From Macrostomum lignano (Eukaryota): a DNA stretch of 64,000 bases. Positions 50,363 to 60,511 of this stretch are shown piece after piece. The first letter of the stretch is position 1, and every line of letters starts with the position of its first letter. The notes under the pieces were generated by a model that saw only the letters and a program-made list of their open reading frames with translations, did not search any database and had not been told where the DNA came from. Made by a program: the position numbers and the translations under genes. The DNA lies in the NCBI GenBank assembly GCA_002269645.1, contig NIVC01000245.1, positions 62,001 to 126,000 on the forward strand, read 5' to 3'.

Positions 50363-51059
50363 CCATTCTGGTAGGCCTAGGCCTAATCAATAATTTTTCT
50401 TTAGGGTGCCAAAATGTAGTGCTTTTGGTGCCAAAATAAGTGTCTGGGATGCTAAAAAGAGTGCCTATTATGCCAAAATGAGTGCCTGATTGGTAATATA
50501 TAATAGCAATATCAATCTTTAAGGATATTATATTATTTGGCATTCCTAATTCCAAGGATTAGTTTTTCTAGTATATAAGTATAGTGAATTAACTTTTGTA
50601 TATTTAGTTATTTTATTTTAAATAATTATTTTCAATTCAGTTTAGGGCCTAACTATAATTGTATGATATATAGATTCTAATATTTGATAGATGTATGATA
50701 TTTGATTACACAGTCAAATAAGCTTTTAGAAAAAAAATTGCATAAGTGTTTCAAAGAATAAGAATTATATAGTGTCATTATTTTTAGTTTTTTTTAAATG
50801 AAAGCACAAAGCTTTTGCCCTAAAAGCTAGCTATCTAGTGTAAGATATTATAGCCTAAGATTTCAGCATCCCCTTTAAGCTATCTCTTAACTATACCTTT
50901 TTCTTTCCCTTTAATGTTTGGCCTACCAATCACTCTTAATTGACCCATCCCTTGGCAATCTAAAAATTTATGAGCCAAAGCATTTTAGCAAGTCTTTCAT
51001 AAGACTTTATATCCCAACAACTCACTTCATAAGCTATAGAATCTTAGCAATCCCCCCAT

Positions 51060-51970
51060 GACATCTTAGCAATCCCCTTTTGTAAGCCTTGACATCTCAG
51101 CAATTCCCTCCCCCACAAGCCTTGACATCTCAGCAATTCCCCTCCCCCATAAGCCTTGACATCTTAGCAATTCCCCTCCCCCATAAGCCTTGACATCTTA
51201 GCGATTCCCCTCTCCCCATAAGCCTTGACATCTTAGCAATTCCCCTCCCCCCACAAGATTTGACATCTTAGCAATTCCCCTCCCCCACAAGCCTTGACAT
51301 CTTAGCAATTCCCCTCCCCCATAAGCCTTGACATCTTAGCAATTCCCCTCCCCCATAAGCCTTGACATCTTAGCGATTCCCCTCCCCCATAAGCCTTGAC
51401 ATCTTAGCGATTCCCCTCCCCCATAAGCCTTGACATCTTAGCAATTCCCCTCCCCCATAAGCCTTGACATCTTAGCAATTCCCCTCCCCCATAAGCCTTG
51501 ACATCTTAGCGATTCCCCTCCCCCATAAGCCTTGACATCTTAGCGATTCCCCTCCCCCCATAAGCCTTGACATCTTAGCGATTCCCCTCCCCCATAAGCC
51601 TTGACATCTTAGCAATTCCCCTCCCCCATAAGCCTTGACATCTTAGCGATTCCCCTCCCCCATAAGCCTTGACATCTTAGCGATTCCCCTCCCCCCATAA
51701 GCCTTGACATCTTAGCGATTCCCCTCCCCCATAAGCCTTGACATCTTAGCGATTCCCCTCCCCCATAAGCCTTGACATCTTAGCGATTCCCCTCCCCCAT
51801 AAGCCTTGACATCTTAGCAATTCCCCTCCCCCATACCATAAGCCTTGACATCTTAGCGATTCCCCTCCCCCCATAAGCCTTGACATCTTAGCGATTCCCC
51901 TCCCCCCATAAGCCTTGACATCTAAGCAATTCCCCTCCCCCCATACCATAAGCCTTGACATCTTAGCAAT
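51060..51970. repeat. ~35-37-bp minisatellite (CCATAAGCCTTGACATCTTAGCGATTCCCCTCCCC)n upstream of shark
   Basis: Tandem copies. Confidence 0.95.
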
Positions 51971-52013
51971 TTTCTCAGCTTCTCTCAGCATCTCAGCTTA
52001 GATAAGCTGGGAG

Positions 52014-52135
52014 ATGGTAGCTTATTGGTTTAACATCGGCTTGTAACTGAGAGATCAGGGGTTTGATTCTTGACCTGACTTAATTGGAACCCCTGTTGGT
52101 TGCACATCTGTCCATTAAGGCAGGTGTTATAAAAA
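52014..52135 (+). mobile_element. Decayed, internally deleted copy of the same SINE family as at 18.3-18.6 kb
   Basis: Head GGTAGCTTATTGGTTTAACATCGG...GGGGTTTGATTCTTGACC and tail GGTTGCACATCTGTCCATTAAGGCAGGT align with the 5' and 3' ends of the 18.3-kb copy; the central part is missing. Confidence 0.65.
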
Positions 52136-52199
52136 ATAACTTTTTTTTCTATTGAGATTGCTTAGTCAATTAGCAAAAATGTTCTGAAACCTAGTAGAA

Positions 52200-53139
52200 A
52201 TGAAGAGACACAAGGCACTAACTGGATTATTTAAACATCTCATGCAGCAGAAGCAGCGTCCATACTGGTTTCACGGCCAGTTGGGTCGCGAAGAAACTGA
52301 GCGTCGTTTACACGCTCAAGGCGGCCATGGCGACTATCTAGTTAGATATTCCAGCGCCACTGGCAAATATGTTCTGTCATTGCTGCACACTGACGGCTCG
52401 ATCTATCACTATCCAATTGATCGATTGGACGATGGTTTCTATCAATTAAGAGGAACTGAATCGAAATTTCTCGGCTTGGATTTGTTGCTAACTGATTTTA
52501 GTAGGGCTCTAGTTGAAGCATCGGGCGGCATTGTCAGACGGTTGGGTAGGCACGTACAAGCGCAGGAGCCTCCGCCCGCGGAGCTGATAGTCTATGGCAC
52601 AACCACCCCCCTGCACGAGGCTGTACGTCGCGGCGATACATTAGAAATTCGTCGCTTATTGTTAAGCTTGTTACAGTTGGCTAAGACTACTACTAGTACT
52701 AGTGGTCAGTTGTCAATATCTATTGTGAATGAGAAATCAGCAGATACCGGTTCTACAGCTTTGATTGATGCAGCTAAGACTGGCAATGCCGATTCTGTTA
52801 GACTGCTGTTGGAGGCTGGGGCAAATACGGCACTGTGGGACTGCGCTGGTTATTCTGCGTTGCATCGAGCTGCTCAGAAAGATTTTGTCAGCGTTGTGGA
52901 GCTGCTGCTCACGCTGGGGAAAGCTGATCCACAGGTTAGCTTTAGGTGGACAAAATCTGACACTTGAAAATGCTGTGGGAGAGTCAGGGTGCGAGTCAGG
53001 AGGTAGAAGAGTCAGGGGATGGCAGGATCAGGTAATGAGAGAGTCAGCTAAGAGAATCAGGGATAAGAGAGAGTCAGATGAGAGAACCAGAAATGAGAAT
53101 CGGAGAGAGAGCGATGAGAGAATCAACCACGAGACTCAA

Positions 53140-53174
<35 letters not shown>

Positions 53175-54307
53175 ATCAGGGATGAGACTTAGAGAGAGTC
53201 AGATGAGAGAATCAATCAGGGATGAGACTCAGAGAGAGTCAGATAAGAGAATCAGGGATGCGACACAGAGCTAGTCAGATGAGAGAATCAGGGATGACTC
53301 CGGATGAGACTCAGAGAGAGTCAGATGAGAGAATCAGGGATGAGACTCAGAGAGAGTCAAATGAGAGAATCAATCAGGGATGAAACACAGAGAGAGTCAG
53401 ATGAGAGAATCAATCAGGGATGAGACTCAGAGAGAGTCAAATGAGAGAATCAATCAGGGATGAAACACAGAGAGAGTCAGATGAGAGAATCAATCAGAGA
53501 TGAGACTCAGAGAGAGTCAGATGAGAGAATCAGGGATGAGACTCAGAGAGAGTCAAATGAGAGAATCAATCAGGGATGAAACACAGAGAGAGTCAGATGA
53601 GAGAATCAATCAGGGATGAGACTCAGAGAGAGTCAGATGAGAGAATCAATCAGGGATGAGACACAGAGAGAGTCAGATAAGAGAATCAGGAATGAGAGTT
53701 CGGGATGAGAGCTAGAGCCAGGGAAAGAATGTGAGAGTCAGAGAGGGCAAGGTAAAGTCAGAATGGGAAAAGGATAAGAAATATTTAGGCAAATTAACCC
53801 CTCCCCCAATTATCGTCCCCATCGCCGCGCAGATCCGCTGCCCCCTATCCGGCAACAGTCCCCTTCACGAGGCCGCCATTCTGGGCCACTCGAATTGCGC
53901 CAGTGCTCTGCTTCGCCACGGAGCTGCCGCGCATCCTTTGAACGCCGACGAGGAGATGCCCTACGAATTGGCGCTGAGATTCGGCTTCGCTGAGCTGGCA
54001 GATTATCTGGCTGATTGGCCAGCGGAGGAGCTGGAGGACGGGCTGGAGGATGGCGACTCGGAGGTGAGCTGTCTGCCTGTCTGCCTGTCTGTCTGTCTGC
54101 CTGTCTGTCTGCCTGCCTGTCTGCCTGTCTGTCTGTCTGCCTGTCTGCCTGTCTGCCTGTCTGTCTGTCTGTCTGTCTGCCTGTGCCTGTCTGCCTGTCT
54201 GTCTGTCTGCCTGTCTGCCTGTCTGTCTGCCTGTCTGTCTGTCTGTCTGTCTCCCTGTCTGCCTGTCTGTCTGTCTGCCTGTCTGTCTGTCTGTCTGTCT
54301 GCCTGCC

Positions 54308-54350
<43 letters not shown>

Positions 54351-57300
54351 CTGTCTCATAAAACTCCAATCCCCCCCAAAACCTCCTCACTGTCCTCAGT
54401 CGCACCTGCAGCGCCAGCTGTCCACCGCAGTGTGGTACCACCCCAGCCTCAGCCGCGCGGACACTGACGCGGCCATGAGGTCGCTGAGCAACCCGCCGCT
54501 AGACGGTGACTTTCTAGTTCGCTTGTCGACCTCCACAACCAGCGCGGCCGATGATTTCGACGATAGCGGCGCCTCTGCAGGCACGATTGCCGCTAGCCAT
54601 CGAAGCTTGCCTACAAATCCAATGTCCAGGCATCAGAAACGATTTGTACTCTGTTTAGCCAGCTCCGGTTCAGTGTATAAATACGCGATAGACTGCGATG
54701 CTGGCGCCTATCCGGTGTCTTCTACTGCTGCTGCAACTGTCGGTTTGCCTACTGGTCGAAGATTGCGAAGAAAACGGGACGCTTGGTACATTGGCGGCGG
54801 GCCAAGGCATCCGAGTCTGGGTGAGAAAGTCTGCAAGCTCATTGGCATAAGAGTCGGTGCTTCACTCTCAATATTATCGCCCCATTTAAAAATCGCCTTT
54901 CAAAATAGCCCTGCAGAATCGCCCCACTTCAGAATCGCCTCACTTAAGAATCGCCCCAATTAAGAATCGCCCCACTTAAGAATCGCACCACTTAAGAATC
55001 GCCCCACTTAAGAATCGCCACAATTAAGAATCGCCCCACTTAAGAATCGCCCCACTTAAGAATCGCCCCACTTAAGAATCGCCCCACTTAAGAATCGCCC
55101 CACTTAAGAATCGCCACAATTAAGAATCGCCCCACTTAAGAATCGCCCCACTAAAGAATCGCCCCAATTAAAAATAACCCCACTTAAGAATCGCCCCTGC
55201 AGAATCGTCCCTTCAGAAGAGCCCCTGCAGAATCGCCCTTCAGAATCACCCCTTCAGAATCGCCCCTGCAGAATCGCCCTTCAGAATCGCGCCCTCAGAA
55301 TTGCCCCTTTAGAATCGCCTCTTCAGAATCGCCCCTTCAGAATCGCCCCTGCAAAATCGCCCCTTTAGAATCGCCCCTTTAGAATCGCCCCTGTAGAATC
55401 GCCCCTGCAGAATCGCCCCTTCAGAAGCGCCCCTGCAGAATCGCCCCTTCAGAATCGCCCCTGCAGAATCGCCCTTCAGAATCACCCCTTCAGAATCGCC
55501 CCTGCAGAATCGCCCTTCAGAATCACCCCTTCAGAATCGCGCCTTCAGAATCGCGCCTTAAGAATCGCCCCTGCAGAATCGCCCCTTCAGAATCGCCCCT
55601 TCAGAATCGCGCCTTCAGAATCGCGCCTTCAGAATCGCGCCTTTAGAATCGCCCCTTCAGAATCGCCCCTTCAGAATCGCCCCTTCAGAATCGCCCCTTC
55701 AGAATCGCCCCTGTTGAATCGCCCCTGCAGAATCGCCCCTGCAGAATCGCCCCTGCAGAATCGCCCCTGCAGAATCGCCCCTGCAGAATCGCCCTTGCAG
55801 AATCGCCCCTTTAGAATCGCCCCTTCAAAATCGCGCCTTCAGAATCGCGCCTTCAGAATCGCGCCTTTAGAATCGCCCCTTCAGAATCGCCCCTTCAGAA
55901 TCGCCCCTTCAGAATCGCCCCTTCAGAATCGCCCCTTCAGAATCGCCCCTTCAGAATCGCCCCTGCAGAATCGCCCCTTTAGAATCGCCCCTTCAAAATC
56001 GCGCCTTCAGAATCGCGCCTTCAGAATCGCCCCTGCAGAATCGCCCCTTTAGAATCGCCCCTTCAAAATCGCGCCTTCAGAATCGCGCCTTCAGAATCGC
56101 GCCTTTAGAATCGCCCCTTCAGAATCGCCCTTTCAGAATCGCCCCTGCAGAATCGCCCCTGCAGAATCGCCCCTGCAGAATCGCCCTTGCAGAATCGGCC
56201 TTCAAAACAATCCAAACAAATGGCCCCTCTCATCGCGTCAACCGCAGGTCACCTAATCGACTATCTGACTCGCATCCCTGACGGAATTCCCTGCCGGCTT
56301 CAGCGCCCCATTCCGCCTAGTTCAGTTCGGCCAAGCTCTCACCACCAGCAGCTGGGATTAATCCCACTAAGCCAAGTGCTGCTATTGTCAAGAATTAGTG
56401 GCAACACAGCAGCAGAAATTGATATGTTCAACGGTCGTTTGTTATCTTCAACTACTACTATTAGTAGTAATAACAGTAGTAGTGCATCAAATTCAACAGC
56501 CAATGTTGCCATTAAAGTTCTAACGCCCAATGTCCGTTCATTTAACGATTCATCGAAAGCGCTAAAATCCCTAGCCGATGTGAAACTGTCTCAGCTGTCA
56601 CACAAGAGTCTAGTTGGCTTTGTTGGCATCTGTCTTGAATCGGCTAACAATAAACTCATGATACTCAATGAGCTCTGCTCCGTGGGTTCGGCCATAGACT
56701 ATGCAATCAGACAGTCGCCAGAATCTAAGCCGCTAGATTTGAGACGCTGGTGTGCTCAAGCTGCTCAAGGCATGGCCTATCTGGCCTCCAAAGGCTGTCG
56801 GCATGGTCGACTGAGTGCGAGGAATATTTTATTGACTGTCGGCACTGGGAGCGACTCCGGCGCTGACAAACTGGTCGCTAAAGTGTCCGACTTTGGATTG
56901 ACTGATTTGATGAGTACTGGATTTGATAAGTGAGTGAATAGATTCGTCCCAGATTTGTGATTTAAGTTTTTTCATTGTTTCAGATCCTAACTTAAGGATT
57001 TCAAACATCCCAGATCCTCATTTGAGGAGTTCAAACATCCCAGATCCTCATTTGAGGATTTCAAATGCCTCAGATCCTCATTTGAGGATTTTAAACATCC
57101 CAGATCCTCATTTGAGGAGTTCTAATATCCCAGATCCTCATTTGAGGATTTCAAACATCCCAGATCCTCATTTGAGGATTTCAAATGCCTCAGATCCTCA
57201 TTTGAGGATTTTAAACATCCCAGATCCTCATTTGAGGAGTTCTAATATCCCAGATCCTCATTTGAGGATTTCAAACATCCCAGATCCTCATTTGAGGATT

Positions 57301-58094
57301 TCAACTATCCCAGATCCTCATTTGAGGATTTCAACTATCCCAGATCCTCATTAGATTATTTCAACTATCCCAGATCCTCATTTGAGGATTTCAACTATCC
57401 CAGATCCTCATTTGAGGATTTCAAATGCCTCAGATCCTCATTTTAGGATTTCAAACATCCCAGATCCTCATTTGAGGATTTCAAACATCCCAGATCGTCA
57501 TTTGAGGATTTCAAATATCCCAGATCGTCTTTTAAGGATTTCAAACATACCAGATCGTCATTTGAGGATTTCAAGTATCCCAGATCCTCATTTGAGGATT
57601 TCAAATATCCCAGATCTTTATTTGAGGATTTCAACTATCCCAGATCCTCATTTGAGGATTTCAACTATCCCAGATCGTCATTTTCAAACCCCCTTTGAAA
57701 CCCTTTCAAATCCCAATTCGATTTCGATCTGCCCAGACACAACACTGCCCTGGAAGTTGGCCGCTGGTATCCACCTGAGCTACTCGAACTGGCCGTCTCG
57801 CTCTCCGATCCTCAACCTGCGACAGCCTCAACCGAGTCCACCGACGTTTGGAGTTTCGGCGTCTGCGTCTGGGAGCTGCACTGCTGTCGCCGCTATCCAG
57901 CTGGGCGGCCCACGCCGTGGCATGGCGCCGGCACTCCTGGCGCTGTTCTCAACCGTCTGCGTCGAGGAGATCGACTTGAACTGCCTGAACCCGCGGCAGC
58001 TGTGGTAGTTATCAAGGACGTCGTAGCGCGTTGCATGGCCGAGGCGGCGCCTCTGAGGCCGGGCTTTGAATGGATTGTGAAACGGTTGGCTTAG
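52200..58094 (+). CDS. shark: SHARK/HTK16-family SH2-ankyrin-SH2 tyrosine-kinase-fold protein, predicted pseudokinase; exons 52200-52934, 53833-54063, 54400-54820, 56248-56929, 57737-58094 (2427 nt, 808 aa)
   Basis: SH2 (WFHGQLGREE...GDYLVRYS), ankyrin repeats (TPLHEAVRRGD, TALIDAAKTGN, SALHRAAQKD, SPLHEAAILGH), second SH2 (WYHPSLSRAD...GDFLVRLS...HLIDYL) and kinase fold (VAIK, HGRLSARN, DFG, RWYPPE, DVWSFGV, RPGF). All introns are GT-AG with consistent phases. The SH2-ANK-SH2-kinase order is diagnostic of Shark/HTK16. Confidence 0.9.
52990..53705. repeat. 36-40-bp minisatellite (GAGAGAGTCAGATGAGAGAATCAATCAGGGATGAGACTCA)n in shark intron 1
   Basis: Tandem copies. Confidence 0.9.
54068..54355. 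repeat. (CTGT/CTGC)n microsatellite filling shark intron 2
   Basis: Tandem 4-mers. Confidence 0.95.
54905..56205. repeat. 14-16-bp minisatellite (AAGAATCGCCCCACTT, then AGAATCGCCCCT[T/G]C)n in shark intron 3
   Basis: The unit shortens from 16 to 14 bp along the array. Confidence 0.95.
56983..57682. repeat. 30-bp minisatellite (CAGATCCTCATTTGAGGATTTCAAACATCC)n in shark intron 4
   Basis: Tandem copies, most with an internal dyad ATCCTCA-TT-TGAGGAT. Confidence 0.95.
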
Positions 58095-59150
58095 AGGTAG
58101 GCAAGGGAGACTGAGAGGTAGGCAAGGAAGACTGAAAAGTAGGCAAAGGAGACTGAGAGGTAGGCAAGGGAGACTGAGAGGTAGGCAAGGGAGACTGAGA
58201 GGTAGGCAAGGGAGACTGAGAGGTAGACAAAGGGAGACTGAGAGGTAGACAAAGGGAGACTGAGAGGTAGACAAAGGGAGACTGAGAGGTAGACAAAGGG
58301 AGACTGAGAGGTAGACAAAGGGAGACTGAGAGGTAGACAAAGGGAGACTGAGAGTTAGACAAAGGGAGACTGAGAGGTAGACAAGGGAGACTGAGAGGTA
58401 GACAAGGGAGACTGAGAGGTAGGCAAGGGAGACTGAGAGGTAGACAAGGGAGACTGAGAGGTAGACAAAGGGAGACTGAGAGGTAGACAAAGGGAGACTG
58501 AGAGGTAGACAAAGGGAGACTGAGAGGTAGACAAAGGGAGACTGAGAGGTAGACAAAGGGAGACTGAGAGTTAGACAAAGGGAGACTGAGAGGTAGACAA
58601 AGGGAGACTGAGAGGTAGACAAGGGAGACTGAGAGGTAGACAAGGGAGACTGAGAGGTAGGCAAGGGAGACTGAGAGGTAGACAAGGGAGACTGAGAGGT
58701 AGACAAAGGGAGACTGAGAGGTAGACAAAGGGAGACTGAGAGGTAGGCAAGGGAGACTGAGAGGTAGACAAGGGAGACTGAGAGGTAGGCAAGGGAGACT
58801 GAGAGGTAGGCAAGGGAGACTGAGAGGTAGACAAGGGAGACTGAGAGGTAGGCAAGGGAGACTGAGAGGTAGACAAGGGAGACTGAGAGGTAGGCAAGGG
58901 AGACTGAGAGGTAGACAAGGGAGACTGAGAGGTAGGCAAGGGAGACTGAGAGGTAGGCAAGGGAGACTGAGAGGTAGACAAGGGAGACTGAGAGGTAGGC
59001 AAGGGAGACTGAGAGGTAGACAAGGGAGACTGAGAGGTAGACAAAGGGAGCCTGAGAGGTAGACAAAGGGAGACTGAGAGGTAGACAAGGGAGACTGAGA
59101 GGTAGGCAAGGTAGACAAAGGGAGACTGAGAGGTAAGCAAGAGACTGAAG
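58090..59150. repeat. 21-22-bp minisatellite (GAGAGGTAG[G/A]CAAGGGAGACT)n directly after the shark stop codon
   Basis: Tandem copies; source of the 465/429-aa antisense pseudo-ORFs. Confidence 0.95.
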
Positions 59151-59724
59151 TAAGAGATAGGCAGAGAGAATAAGATGTAGATAAAACATCTGCATCAATA
59201 AACCAAGAATGACAAGAAATATCATAGCAGCTTAACTTTATTGAAAACTGATGTATCGTGTTGCATAAAATTTCTGCTACAGATATCAGCGTCTCCTTCA
59301 ATACTAAAGGCTTCCTATATTATAAACAATCATTTTTACACTTTTTAATAGCTAAATATAAAAGTGATATTTTTTCTTGTCGTTCATTATTAATGCCGTG
59401 ATATAATCTGTTTTTCTACAACTCAATATTGTAGATATGATGTTTTATAAACAAACTAATCTGTTTCAGAATTGTTTACTTATCTTTTTTAACAGACGCT
59501 CTGCTTCTATTTAAAGAGTGTTTAACTTCCGTAACTTGTTTGGAAATTCTTCAATCTACTATTTAATCTGCATCTTGTGATTTTTCGCTGTGTCTATTTT
59601 AGATTCTAAGAAATACAATTATGTGATCATTGTTTGCTCATACCAGATATTTATGTTATTATAATCAAATTAACTCTTTGCGTTAAATTATTTGTTTTAA
59701 TTTCACTCTAGTTACATTTTACTC

Positions 59725-60470
59725 CCAGATCCTCAGCCACTGGGCCAGCCTCCCAGTTCGTCAGTTTCTTGGCCAGACTTCCAGATCCTCAGTTGCTGGG
59801 CCAGCCTCCCAGTTCGTCAGTTTCTTGGCCAGCCTTCCAGATCCTCAGTTGCTGGGCCAGCCTCCCAGATCCTCAGTTGCTGGGCCAGCCTCCCAGAATG
59901 TCAGTTGCTGGGCCAGCCTCCCAGAATGTCAGTTGCTGGGCCAGCCTCCCAGATCCTCAGTTGCTGGGCCAGCCTCCCAGAATGTCAGTTGCTGGGCCAG
60001 CCTCCCAGTTCGTCAGTTTCTTGGCCAGCCTCCCAGTTCGTCAGTCGCTGGGCCAGCCTCCCAGATCCTCAGTTGCTGGGCCAGCCTCCCAGAATGTCAG
60101 TTGCTGGGCCAGCCTCCCAGATCCTCAGTTGCTGGGCCAGCCTCCCAGAATGTCAGTTGCTGGGCCAGCCTCCCAGATCCTCAGTTGCTGGGCCAGCCTC
60201 CCAGAATGTCAGTTGCTGGGCCAGCCTCCCAGAATGTCAGTTGCTGGGCCAGCCTCCCAGAATGTCAGTTGCTAAGCCAGCCTCCCAGATCCTCAGTTGC
60301 TGGGTCAGCCTCCCAGATCCTCAGTTGCTGGGCCAGCCTCCCAGATCCTCAGTTGCTGGGCCAGCCTCCCAGATCCTCAGTTGCTGGGTCAGCCTCCCAG
60401 ATCCTCAGTTGCTGGGCCAGCCCCCCAGATCCTCAGCTGCTGGGCCACCCTCCCAGATCCTCAGTTGCTA
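59725..60470. repeat. 28-bp minisatellite (CCAGATCCTCAGTTGCTGGGCCAGCCTC)n upstream of TK2/dNK
   Basis: Tandem copies with three variants. Confidence 0.95.
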
Positions 60471-60511
60471 GGCATTCATCTGTAGACTTTCTTCATCAAA
60501 TCTTCCTACAG

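Noticed and set aside
56983-57682. CRISPR array (hairpin repeat plus variable segment); the same was considered for 61858-63385
   Set aside because: Eukaryotic intron or flank; the variable parts are short point variants, not unique spacers; no cas genes.
57828-59301. 465- and 429-aa minus-strand ORFs
   Set aside because: Antisense of a 21-22-bp minisatellite and of the last shark exon.
59825-60470. Repeat-encoded N-terminal ~215 aa of the 435-aa ORF fused to dNK
   Set aside because: Non-ATG start inside a 28-bp minisatellite; acceptor sites at 60512/60533 give a better 5' boundary.
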